A stretch of DNA of 64,000 bases from Eledone cirrhosa (taxonomy: Eukaryota), in NCBI GenBank assembly GCA_964016885.1, contig OZ024741.1:20646001-20710000 (forward strand), read 5' to 3'. Positions within the stretch are counted from its first letter, which is position 1; each line of letters opens with the position of its first letter. Positions 1-11,544 of this stretch are shown piece after piece. Below the pieces are notes generated by a model. It worked only from the letters and a program-made list of their open reading frames with translations, ran no database searches and was not told the origin of the DNA. The translations under genes were made by a program, and so were the position numbers.

Positions 1-1010
1 GCCAAATTTCTAATCCCATCTGAGCAAGGTATGGCGCGGCCAATTCTGGCCAGACTTGTCTCTTGATGTGGATGACCCGTCTAACCCATGCAAGCATGGA
101 AAATGGATGTTAAATGATGATGATGATGATGTGTTTACTTTTCACATGGAAGGGCATCCAGCTGTAGAAAGCTCGTCAACCAAAGGGTTGGGAGGACCCT
201 TCAGTTGTGTTAACAACATGATAGAAAAGGGGAGAGGGGTTTAGAAATTCTATCCTTTGTCCCAAATGTAAACTATGGGATCTCAGGCTAACTAGGAAAG
301 AATGTAGGTTTTTACACGTGGTTGATGCACAGTGGGCAGTAAGCAGCAAGTGCTCACAGGAACAAGCTCTATCAAATTCTTAGAGGGTTCTGTAGAAGCA
401 GTGGACGGCCTCTGTTACCTAGGTGACCAAATTAGCAATAGAGAGGGGAGGGGGTGTTCCAAAAGTTCAGGAAGCTACTACTGTTGCTAACTTCAGAATG
501 TTTTTCTCTCAAAATGAACGGCAAATTGTATGATGTGCTGCATGGTAGTGAGGCCTGGGCACTGTGCAGAGGATCTACCTCCCACAACTGATACACCTCT
601 CTTGTCCAACCTATGCATACAAGCATGGAAATCTGGACATGCTCTCCCACAATATTGCTAAAATAGTTAAAACCCCACAGTTCACCCTCTAAGGTGGTCA
701 TGCTAGTGACACAACAAAGGTCCCTAGTTCACTATGTAAGGTGCTAAAATGCTGGTGTCACAACAAAAAGTGCCCAATCTACACTGTAAAGTGATTGTTT
801 TGGTGCCATGATAAAAAGGACCGAGTCCACACTGTAATTGTGAATGGCATTAGGAGGGGCATCTAGTCGTAGAAAATAAGCCAGAAACAGTTCTGTATGA
901 GCAATACACAGTCATTTGATCTGACTTGTCTCATTGTCTTACAATAGAACAACTTATCTAACCCATGCTACTGTGGAACAATGGATGTTAAACCATGATG
1001 ATAATGATGT
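1..1010 (+). mobile_element. Degenerate RTE LINE fragments and 3' tails
   Basis: Decayed C-terminal RT sequence at ~380-570 (CYLGD, FRKLL, LYD). RTE 3'-UTR motifs and the terminal acccatgc..gcatggaa..(GAT)n appear at ~80-130 and ~960-1010. Confidence 0.65.
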
Positions 1011-1034
1011 GTGTGCATGTATATATATATATAT

Positions 1035-1380
1035 CATTTCATCATCATCATTTCATTTTACATCCGCTTTTTCCCTGCTTGCAAGGGTGGGATGGGAACT
1101 GATGCTGGCTTGATTTCTACAGCTGGATGCCCTTCCTAACACCAACCTCATTTACAGTGAGTGCTGGGTGCTTTTTTGCCGTGGCACCTCCACGACCACT
1201 TTACAGTGGAATGATAGGGACACCAGTCCCTATCATCTCATTTCTACAGCTGAGTAAACTGGAGCAATGTGAAATAAAGTGCCTTGCTCAAGGAAACAAC
1301 ACATCACCCGGTCTGAGAATTGAACTCACAACCTTTCGATTGCAAGGCCAATGCTCTAACCACTAAGCCATGTGCCTCCA
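1035..1380 (-). mobile_element. tRNA-derived SINE with CORE-like centre and RTE-derived tail
   Basis: Minus strand reads A-box TGGCTTAGTGG, B-box GTTCAATTC, core ccttgagcaaggcacttt, then the RTE 3'-UTR and (GAT)n tail. Flanked by (TA)n on both sides. Confidence 0.8.
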
Positions 1381-1817
1381 TATATATATATTTTTTTTTT
1401 TTTTTATTTTATAGCAAACCCTTTAAAAAAAAAATTTAAATAAGTATTTAAAATTTATCTAGCATCTAAATTTAACGGATCTTTTCAGTTTTAACGTTAT
1501 CCTCATTAGCATATTTCCCTTGAGTTTTTTAACAATTCAATTCACTATCTTCACTGGACTTAGACCATTAAGTTCACATGAACATGTGTCACTATCTTAA
1601 CACCAAATATTATATTTTATCTGACGAAAGCGTACTTAAATATTGGTACCCTTGAAGTACGTATAATAACAAATATGGTTTTATAAAGATATTTTCCATT
1701 TATTATTATTAATGATACTAATGATACTTCGGATAAAATCCATTGAGTGCTTCTAATCTGTTGTAAAATTAACTTTGTTGAATAATCAACAAACCATATA
1801 ACTCATTATATATATAT

Positions 1818-4800
1818 ATCATCATCATCATCATCGTTTAACGTCCATTTTCCACGCTAGCATGGGTCTGGGCGGGAATTGTCCCACTTGAGGCAAGATT
1901 GGTTGTCTTGCTCAGGACTGTCAGGCAGGTTTTCTACGGCTGGATGCCCTTCCTAACACCAACCACATTTACAGTGTGGACTGGGAGGTATTTACCGTAT
2001 TACCTACACGGCCACATTACAGCGTGGACTGTGTGTTTTTTTTGTCGTGACACCTACACGACCTCATTTATTTAGGACTGGATGTTGTGGTACCAACATA
2101 ACTTTACATCGAAAGGGGTGGTGTAGATGGCGGTGGGGGTAGGGGTACTGGGACGGGGGTGTATTTTGGTTAAGAGGTGCCTACTGACTAGGTTTCGCTT
2201 TGTACTTAGGCAAGGCGGGTCTTCTGTATTACTACATAGCGCCACAGATCTCGGTCTAGTGACATTGTCTTGGAGAGGTGTAAGTGTGTGAGGTCTGATT
2301 TTATCAAGTCGTCCCAGGATTTTTCTGGGTCTGCCTACTCCGTAGCTACTGTCTATTTTTATCGCCCTGCACTTTTTTATACAGCTGTCATCTTTCATGC
2401 GCATCACGTGACCATACCAACGTAGTCTTCTCTCGAGTAAACAGCATCTGATCCCTCTTATTCCTAATTTCTCACTTAGTTCATTTATGCTTTGCTGTTC
2501 GCGTATATTACTATTACACATCCAACAGAGCATGCAAGCTTCGTTCCTCTCCAGTCTGCGTATATCCTCTGCACACAATGCCCAGGTCTCACTGTCATGT
2601 AACATTGCTGTTCGTATGCAGGCATCATACAGCCTGCCTTTTATTTTTAGAGAGAAACCTTTAGCGGCCAATAGTGGTATAAGCTCTCTGAACTTTTTCC
2701 ATCCCGTTTGGACTCTAGCTACAGTACTTTCGGAGCACCCTCCACCACTGTTGATTTTGTCACCCAGGTAACGGAAGGTGTCCACTATTTCTATAGAACC
2801 ATCTGTGCAATGGAATGAGCTAGTATTCTGTGGGCACTTGTTGCTACTTATTGCACCAGAGCACCGGTCACATATAAAATCTATATTCTTAGTTAGCTTA
2901 CCTGTGATCCCACTACATCTTTTATGCACCCATACTTTGCATTTGGGACATAAAATAGAGTTTCTGCCTACTCCTTTCCTACACACTGAGCATGGCCATT
3001 TCCCAGATGGGACCAGTGCCCTATTCTCCTTCCTACATATTAGGACTTTAGTCTTAGACAAGTTAACTTTAAGGCCTTTTGATTCTAGGCCATGCTTCCA
3101 TGTTTAGAATTTCTTCTCTAGTTCAGCCATTGATTCGGCTATGAGCGTTAGATCATCTACGTATAGAAGTTCCCATGGACAGCCAGTCTTGAACTCCCCC
3201 GTTATAGCTTGGAGGGGGCTAAGGACGGAGCCCTGATGAACACCAACTTTTACGCTAAACTCTTCACTATATTCGTTGTTAATTCTAACCTTGCTGACTG
3301 TTTCTTTATACATGGCTTGTATAGCTCTCACAAGCCATTCATCTCCACCTAGTTTTCTAAGAGCCCACCAGATAATGGAGCGGGGGCCTCTGTCAAAGGC
3401 TTTCTCAAGGTCTACAAAAGCTAAGTAGAGGGGTTTACTTTTAGCTAGGTACTTCTCCTGTAGTTGTCGTACAATGAAAAGAGCGTCTGTGGTACTTTTA
3501 CCTGACATAAACCTGAACTGCATTTCATCTAGATCAATTCGCTCTCTGGTCAATTAATTTAATGCCGCTATAGTTTCCTCTATCTAGGGTGTCTCCTTTA
3601 CCCTTGTAGCAGTTAATGATGATACTGCTACACCAGTCCTTTGGTACGACGCCATTCTGTATAACTTGGTTTACTATCCGGGTGACCATAGTGTGTCCCA
3701 CCGTTCAGATGCTTTCAGCATTTCAGTAACTATTTCCAAAGGCCCAGCCGCCTTGCTCGTCTTCATATCTTTGATTGCCTTACTTATTATACTACCTTCA
3801 ACTTGCACTGCTGGTCCCTCTATTGGATCGATGTGAGGGAGGCTGTCTTTCTCCCATTTATTCTCCTCATTTAGTAGCCTTTCGTAGTGACACTTCCAAG
3901 CTACCTTCTTATCAGCGTCAGTGATGGCAAGTACACCATCATCATTACGGACACACTTCTCCCCGACAATATCACGGTTCTCCTTGACACATTGTCTAGC
4001 AATCCTGAACACCTCACGTTTTTGGTCCTTGCATTGTAGAACATACTTGAACTTTCTTTCCTCTGCTTCCCTTCTTGCGAAGTACACTTGTCTCCTAGCT
4101 TCCCTCCTGGCCACATGATAGTCTTCTCTACTTCCCTCATCCCGCCATACTTTCCAAGCCTGCTTTTTGGCCTTGATCGACTCCTCCACCTTACTGTTCC
4201 ACCACCATGTTACTCTCCTCCTGCCTATAGGTCTGCTCCAGCCACATATTTCATCTGTCGCCTTCAGCAGGTTAGCTTTCAGGAATTCCCACTGTTCCTC
4301 TATATTGTATGACTCTAATTGCTCTTCCTTACTGTCAAAAGCATCAAGTAATATGCTTTTAAATTTATTACTGGCTGTGGGGTCCTTTAACTTCCATATT
4401 TTTTTCCTAAGAATAGTCCTCCTCTGTTGTCGAATACGTCTCGTCCTGACTATGAGGTCGCTAATTATCAGTCTATGTTGGGAGGTGCATTCTTCATGGG
4501 GGAGGGATTTAGTGTTTACAACAGACACTCTGTCTCGTCTTCTGGTAAGGATATAATCTATCTGACTGGTATGTTCCCCTGATCTGTAGGTGATCAAGTG
4601 TTTGTCTCGTTTTTTGAAGTTTGTGTTACAGATAGTTAACTTATTTGCGTCACAGAATTCCAGGATTCTGGAACCTTCCTCATTTCTAGTACCAAACCCA
4701 TAGCCTCCATGGATTCTGTCATAGCCGTCACAGTGTTGTCCAACGTGACCATTTAGGTCACCAGCAATAATTATATAGTCACTGTCGGTTATTTGGGAGG

Positions 4801-5032
4801 TAATAAGCATTAATGACTCATAGAATCTATCTTTTATAATGCCAGGCAGTCCGGGTTGGGGTGCATACGCAGATATTATTGTCACAGTAGTTCTATTGAG
4901 GACAAGTCTTATTTTAATTATTCTGTCGTTCACTCTATTTACGTCTATTATCTTATCTGCCCATTTTTCTGCTAGCATGATTCCTACTCCACCCAGCCCA
5001 TTGTCATTTCCCACCCAGAAAAGCTTATAGCA
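1818..5032 (-). mobile_element. 5'-truncated, disrupted RTE LINE (second subfamily)
   Basis: ORF pieces 3674-5014 (APE: SAYAPQ, GDLNGH), 3104-3553 (RT: FVDLEKAFD, GVHQGS, YVDD) and 2072-3061 (PHD finger, YLG). It has frameshifts and stops, and a (GAT)n tail at ~1818-1835. Confidence 0.93.
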
Positions 5033-5057
5033 TCGTTTTTTTTATATATATATATAT

Positions 5058-5143
5058 ATCATCATCATCATCATTTCATTTTACGTCCGCTTTTATTTAT
5101 ATATATCATCATTTAACGTCTATCTTCCATGCTAGCATGGGTT
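5058..5143 (-). mobile_element. Two very short RTE/SINE 3'-tail stubs
   Basis: (CAT)n followed by tttacgtcc or ttaacgtc..ccatgctagcatggg, each separated by (TA)n. Confidence 0.6.
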
Positions 5144-5152
5144 AATATATAT

Positions 5153-5782
5153 ATCATCATCATCATCATCATCATCATCGTTTAACGTCCATATTCCATG
5201 CTTGCATGGATTTGGACGGGAGTTTTCCCACTTGAGGCAAGAGTGGTTGTCTTGCTCGCATAGGACTGTCTGGCGGGTTTTCTACGGCTGGATGCCCTTC
5301 CTAACACCAACCACATTTACAGTGTGGAACTGGGAGGTTTTTACCGTGTTACCTACACGGCCATATTACAGCGTGGACTGTGTGTTTTTTTGTCGTGACA
5401 CCTACACGACCTCATTTGTTTCGGGCTGGATGTTGTGGTACCAACATAACTTTACATTGAAAGGGGTGGGGGTAGTGTGATGGGGGTGTATTTTGTTAGA
5501 GGTGCTTTGTATTTAGGTAAGGCGGGTCTTCTCTATTACTGTGTAGCGCCAAAGATCTTGGTCCAGTGACATTGTCTTGGAGAGGTGTAAGTGTGTGAGG
5601 TTGGAATTTATCAAGTCGTCCCAGGTTTTTCTGGGTTTGCCTACTCCGTGGCTACCGTCTATTTTTATTGCCCTGCACTTTTTTATACAGCAGTCGTCTT
5701 TCATGCGCATCACGTGACCATACCAACATAGCCTTCTCTCGGGTAAACAACATCTGATCCCTCTTATTTCTAATTTTTCCCT
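5153..5782 (-). mobile_element. RTE LINE 3' fragment (same subfamily as 1818-5032)
   Basis: Nearly collinear with 1818-2475. ORF 5513-5713 is the ORF C-terminus. (GAT)n tail, flanked by (TA)n. Confidence 0.9.
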
Positions 5783-5821
5783 ATATATATATATATAAAA
5801 CTCTTTGTATTCTACTTACAG

Positions 5822-5955
5822 CTAGATGTTTCCATAGATGGAGCTGATGAAGTTGACAGCCAACTGAATTGCATCAAAGGTGGTGGAGCTTGCCAGTTCC
5901 AAGAAAAGATTGTTGTTTCATGTGCAAAAGACTTTGTAATTATTGCTGACTACAG
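5822..5955 (+). CDS. RPIA: Ribose-5-phosphate isomerase A, internal exon (earlier exons lie upstream of the window)
   Basis: Boundaries ttacag|CTA and TACAG|gtgaa. Translates to [44 protein letters not shown](R), with the RpiA signatures DGADE and KGGG..EK. 134 nt, ends in phase 2. Confidence 0.95.
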
Positions 5956-5992
5956 GTGAAACCTTTCTTCTTTTCTCTTCATTATATATATA

Positions 5993-6281
5993 CTAGATAA
6001 GGGCAGCGTCTTCTCCCTCTTTCTGTTACTCTCTCTCTCTCAGCAAATGATGTGTTTATGTACATCTCTTTCCCTAGGCACTCCCCCTCTCTCTATACAG
6101 ATGAGGGTGACATCATAACTTTCTATCTACCTCTTTCTGTCACCTCAAAAACACACAGATTTCCCTTTTCTCTCTCTATCTATCTCTTGCTCCCCCTCTC
6201 TATATAAAGTGAGCATGACTGGTGGGTGGACTGACGGACAGACAGACAGATGGACAGACGGTGTTCTTATTATAATATAGA
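5993..6281 (-). mobile_element. Non-autonomous Helitron-like element
   Basis: Minus strand reads A|TCTATATTATAA ... CTAG|T, matching Helitron ends and the AT target. It has a (GACA)n-type microsatellite near the 5' end. The subterminal hairpin is weak. Confidence 0.55.
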
Positions 6282-6419
6282 TTTGGTCTTTTATTTGTTT
6301 TATTTGAAATCTATTGCATCTGTTGACCTCACAAGAATGGAAAGAAGGGCAATGAATGTCGAGTGGCAGTATGTCATACACTCTAATCCTTTTGATACCA
6401 AACCACCCATATAAAACCT

Positions 6420-6498
6420 TGTCATTATCTCTCACAATGGGACAGCCTGTCCAACCCATGCTAGCATGGAAAATAGACGTTAAACGATGGTGATGATA
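6420..6498 (+). mobile_element. RTE/SINE 3'-tail stub inside a MITE
   Basis: gtccaacccatgctagcatggaaaatagacgttaaacgatggtgatgat. Confidence 0.65.
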
Positions 6499-6507
6499 TG
6501 AAAATTA

Positions 6508-8470
6508 TAGGCAGTGTCTTTCATTAGAAATATGGTAATGAAAGGGTTAATGACATAGGTAGTGTCTTTCACTAGAAATATGGTAATGAAAGGGTTAATG
6601 AGATAGGTAGTGTCTTTCATTAGAAATATGGTAATGAAAGGGTTAATGACATAGACAGTGTCTTTCATTAGAAATATGGTAAGGAAAGGGTTAATGACAT
6701 AGACAGTGTCTTTCATTAGAAATATGGTAATGAAAGGGTTAATGACATAGACAGTGTCTTTCATTAGAAATATGGTAAGGAAAGGGTTAATGACATAGAC
6801 AGTGTCTTTCATTAGAAATATGGTAAGGAAAGGGTTAATGACATAGACAGTGTCTTTCATTAGAAATATGGTAATGAAAGAGTTAATGAGATAGGTAGTG
6901 TCTTTCATTAGAAATATGGTAATGAAAGGGTTAATGACATAGACAGTGTCTTTCATTAGAAATATGGTAAGGAAAGGGTTAATGACATAGACAGTGTCTT
7001 TCATTAGAAATATGGTAAGGAAAGGGTTAATGACATAGACAGTGTCTTTCATTAGAAATATGGTAATGAAAGGGTTAATGACATAGGTAGTGTCTTTCAC
7101 TAGAAATATGGTAATGAAAGGGTTAATGACATAGACAGTGTCTTTCATTAGAAATATGGTAATGAAAGGGTTAATGAGATAGGTAGTGTCTTTCATTAGA
7201 AATATGGTAATGAAAGGGTTAATGACATAGACAGTGTCTTTCATTAGAAATATGGTAATGAAAGAGTTAATGAGATAGGTAGTGTCTTTCATTAGAAATA
7301 TGGTAATGAAAGGGTTAATGACATAGACAGTGTCTTTCATTAGAAATATGGTAAGGAAAGGGTTAATGACATAGACAGTGTCTTTCATTAGAAATATGGT
7401 AAGGAAAGGGTTAATGACATAGACAGTGTCTTTCATTAGAAATATGGTAATGAAAGGGTTAATGACATAGGTAGTGTCTTTCACTAGAAATATGGTAATG
7501 AAAGGGTTAATGACATAGACAGTGTCTTTCATTAGAAATATGGTAATGAAAGGGTTAATGAGATAGGTAGTGTCTTTCATTAGAAATATGTTAATGAAAG
7601 GGTTAATGACATAGACAGTGTCTTTCATTAGAAATATGGTAAGGAAAGGGTTAATGACATAGACAGTGTCTTTCATTAGAAATATGGTAAGGAAAGGGTT
7701 AATGACATAGACAGTGTCTTTCATTAGAAATATGGTAATGAAAGAGTTAATGAGATAGGTAGTGTCTTTCATTAGAAATATGGTAATGAAATAGTTAATG
7801 ACATAGGTAGTGTCTTTCATTAGAAATATCGTAAGGAAAGGGTTAATGAGATAGGTAGTGTCTTTCATTAGAAATATGGTAATGAAAGGGTTAATGACAT
7901 AGACAGTGTCTTTCATTAGAAATATGTTAATGAAAGGGTTAATGACATAGACAGTGTCTTTCATTAGAAATATGGTAAGGAAAGGGTTAATGACATAGAC
8001 AGTGTCTTTCATTAGAAATATGGTAAGGAAAGGGTTAATGACATAGACAGTGTCTTTCATTAGAAATATGGTAATGAAAGAGTTAATGAGATAGGTAGTG
8101 TCTTTCATTAGAAATATGGTAATGAAATAGTTAATGACATAGGTAGTGTCTTTCATTAGAAATATCGTAAGGAAAGGGTTAATGAGATAGGTAGTGTCTT
8201 TCATTAGAAATATGGTAATGAAAGGGTTAATGACATAGACAGTGTCTTTCATTAGAAATATGGTAAGGAAAGGGTTAATGACATAGACAGTGTCTTTCAT
8301 TAGAAATATGGTAATGAAAGGGTTAATGACATAGGTAGTGTCTTTCATTAGAAATATGGTAATGAAAGAGTTAATGACATAGACAGTGTCTTTCATTAGA
8401 AATATGGTAATGAAAGGTTAATGACATAGGCAGTGTCTTTCATTAGACATATGGTAATGAAAGGTTAATG
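6508..8470. repeat. 48-bp minisatellite, about 41 copies
   Basis: Unit gacatagacagtgtctttcattagaaatatggtaatgaaagggttaat. ORF 6480-8396 shows the 16-aa periodicity. Confidence 0.97.
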
Positions 8471-8665
8471 ACCATAGCTGTTCTTAGATGATAGGTAACG
8501 TGTCACTTGATTAACAATAATACCTGGACTTTGGTTACCTTTAACCATAATCAGATTTGACCTCCTGTCTGAGTCTAACCCACCAGGCATGTTTTCTTCC
8601 CAGCTTTGACTAAGTTGTGTCTTAATCAATTGTTTTAATCCATTCATATTGTATTTTTAATGAAA

Positions 8666-8703
8666 CTAGCTGAAAAACCACCTTTCGGGTGGTTTTCTAC
8701 TAG
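8666..8703 (+). other. Hairpin followed by CTAG, resembling a Helitron 3' terminus
   Basis: aaaaccacc-tttcg-ggtggtttt stem-loop, then cta and CTAG|T. No matching 5' end identified. Confidence 0.35.
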
Positions 8704-9049
8704 TATGTGTAGTGTGCATATTGATATTATATGCAAGTAGATATGATAAATCAAATAAAATCGTAATTGACAATATACACAGAAATTGAACGAAGACTGC
8801 GTTACACTGTCTTCTGTAATAATTAACGTAATCCATGATACATTAAAAAAAGACGATATTATATATAAACTGCATTAGGAGAAAATCAGTGACGGAAATA
8901 TATGAATCTTTATTTAAGCGATCGCTAACCAGAAGTATTGACATTTGAAAATTTTAAAGAAGTGAATCTTTAAATAAGCAATAAAATATATTTAATCAAA
9001 AGCTACGAAATTTAGTAGATAAATTATGTAATATTCATTCATTATTTAT

Positions 9050-10562
9050 TGAAAGTAATCCAACTTATTTTACAAACGGGATAAAAAATTATATCAAACG
9101 CCATGCCCTCAATGAACAAATTTTCCGGCAACTGTGCGAAGATAATGACGAAGAATTCGTCGAGTTGCTCCTTCATACTGAAGTGAGGTGGCTTTCAAAG
9201 GGCAAGTGCCTTACTCACTTCTTTGAACTGTTCAACTCTATCATTGAGTTTCTTCGAGGACGCAACACAGAACTATATAAAAAAAAACCTCGATGTGAGG
9301 CAAGACTGCGCCTACCTCGCCGACATCTTTGACAAATGCAATAGCCTCAGTATGGCTTTGCAGGGGGAGAAGATCACCTTGTTTAAAGCAAGGAATGCTG
9401 TAAAAATATTCCTGGCCAAATTGAATGTCATCGAAAGGAATCTTTGTTGGCGGGAATTTTATAATTTTCTAGTGTCGCCAATGTTCAAAACATTGTAAGC
9501 GATGATCAACTCCAAATTTATACCACTCACCTCCGTGCGCTACAAGACAACATGAGAGAATGGTTTGTCAACCTTTTGCCGATGGACATCCCAATATGGA
9601 TAGCAGATCACTTCATAGCTAACGTCGACAATTTGGATGTTAAATTTCAGGAAGTATTTTTGGGATGCAAGAGGAAATTCAGCGTCGATTTCCACACCTA
9701 CATGCAGAGGCTAAGAGATTTGCTCTGCCTTTTCCAAGCTCATACTTAGTCGAGAGGAGTTTTAATGCTGTTTCCAGACTGCACAGTAAGTCTCGCAACC
9801 GCTACAATGTAATTACACGTGGAGATCTCTGGCTACATCTTGGGAAAATTCAGCCTCACGTCAAAGAGTTAGCTAGACTCCATGAAGCTCAAGGGTCCCA
9901 TTGAAATGAGGTCAAAGTTAAAGTAAGTTGATTTATCCGAAAACTTGGATATGCTATTGTTACAAAGCAAACTAACAATTTTTTTATTTGTAGTTGCAGT
10001 CTGACTGGACTGGAAACCATCTACTACAATTCACTTACTCATTTGTTGTATATATTTTACCATTTACTAATAAATATACCCTCCCGCATGATCATGAAAA
10101 CCCTCTTCCGTGGTCTCTAAGCTCACAAAGCAGAGGGGACATCAAGTTAGATATCAACATTTATTCTGTCCGTTTCATTAAAGGGAAAATTGGAAAGCTT
10201 TGAAATGATATTATTGCCACTTTCTTCCAGATAAGCGCACTCTTTGGATAGACAGAGTTGCTCTTGTATAAATGTTCAAAATAGTTGGTATCGCCTGGTG
10301 GGAATATAACAATTCAACTGGTCCTTATTCATAAAATAGAACATTTATGTTCCTTTTTTTGAAATTTATATATTTCCTTTCAAGGAATGTATTTATACTC
10401 TCAGCTGCCTGCAATGGTATCTTTGGAATATTGTTAATTTTTCAGTAATCTACTGATATCAAAATCAGTAGTATATTGAAAAATGGGGGGGGGGGGGGGG
10501 GGCGTTTCGTGATTTTGAGGGACAAAAGGGGGTGTTTGGCCTAAATGGTTTGAGAACCTGTG
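9050..10562 (+). mobile_element. Decayed hAT (Charlie/Buster-type) DNA transposon, 3' half
   Basis: Frameshifted transposase with LLLHTEVRWLSKG (~9165-9205), AYLADIF and LPFPSSYLVERSF..SKSRNR..QGSH-stop. The right TIR-like gtttgagaacctgtg is followed by ctctagac, the NTCTAGAN-type Charlie target. Left end not found. Confidence 0.85.
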
Positions 10563-10788
10563 CTCTAGACCAAGGAAGACCGGGGGGGGGGGGGGGGAGC
10601 TGATCTTAAATCACTGAGACTCACAGAGGTAACTTAACGTTTATTGACAATATTAAAAAGGCATATGATAATATCCTATGAACAAATATAGGGACCAAGG
10701 AAATGTTATTTTCAAAGCCGATTTAGTTAGTGAAATTTGTTCCTCTAATATGAAATCTGTGCCTGTCTTTTGCTACACAAATACTTAA

Positions 10789-11249
10789 CCCTTTAGCATT
10801 TAAACCACCCATATCCGGCCAGAATTCTCTCACCTCTTACTGTTCGAACTGGCTGTAACTTGCCACTCATACTGATGTTAAGGTATTGTTCTCAAAATTA
10901 ATAACATCAAAATCTCATAGATTTGGTAATATGTGAGATAATTATGTGAGGTAAAGCCTTTACCATGAAAATATAATAGTAAATATAGAGTAATGTAAAT
11001 GTTATGTGAGATAAAGCCTTTACCATGAAAATATAATAGTAAATATAGAGTAATGTAAATGCTATGTGAGGTAAAGACTTTACCATGAAAATATAATAGT
11101 ATATATAGAGTAATGTAAATGTTATGTAAGATAAAGCCTTTACCATGAAAATATAATAGTAAATATAGAGTAATGTAAATGCTATGTGAGGTAAAGCCTT
11201 TACCATGAAAATATAATAGTAAATATAGAGTAATGTAAATGCTAAAGTG
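10789..11249 (+). mobile_element. piggyBac-type MITE with internal 60-bp tandem expansion
   Basis: TTAA|CCCTTTAGCATTTA left end and degenerate right end taaatgctaaagtggtaa. Same family as 46706-46927. Confidence 0.8.
10944..11243. repeat. 60-bp tandem repeat, 5 copies
   Basis: Unit atgtgaggtaaagcctttaccatgaaaatataatagtaaatatagagtaatgtaaatgyt. Confidence 0.95.
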
Positions 11250-11544
11250 GTAATTTGAAGTCGAACTGAAAGGAGATCATTTCTGTGTTGGCTTTTAAGA
11301 CTAATCTACATGTATGAGAAAATTACGAATATAAAATTAAACAGAAATTACTCAAAAATACATTAGCTTATTTATCACTGTTTCTCGAGGAATCCCTAGA
11401 GGCCTCTTGCGGAATTCTAGGGTTGAGAAACGTTGCTCTAAACAGTAGCTTGACTTGCTAGAAGTGGCAGATAAATCTCCCTCAAATAACACTGACATCA
11501 AAAAGGAGGGTATTGGATAAAGTAATCCTAAATGGACTAAATAG

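Noticed and set aside
1305-1380. tRNA genes (also ~50897-50990, ~57150-57222)
   Set aside because: A and B boxes are present but continue into SINE cores and tails, with TSDs in two cases. No complete cloverleaf.
6480-8396. 638-aa hydrophobic repeat ORF
   Set aside because: Antisense reading of the 48-bp minisatellite, which traces to a MITE end.
10484-10598. Poly-G runs as functional G-quadruplexes
   Set aside because: Homopolymers within or next to a transposon end, with no evidence of function.
11377-11435. Tiny hAT-like MITE (cactgtttctc ... gagaaacgttg)
   Set aside because: TIRs are short and degenerate and there is no clear TSD, so it is too weak to call.
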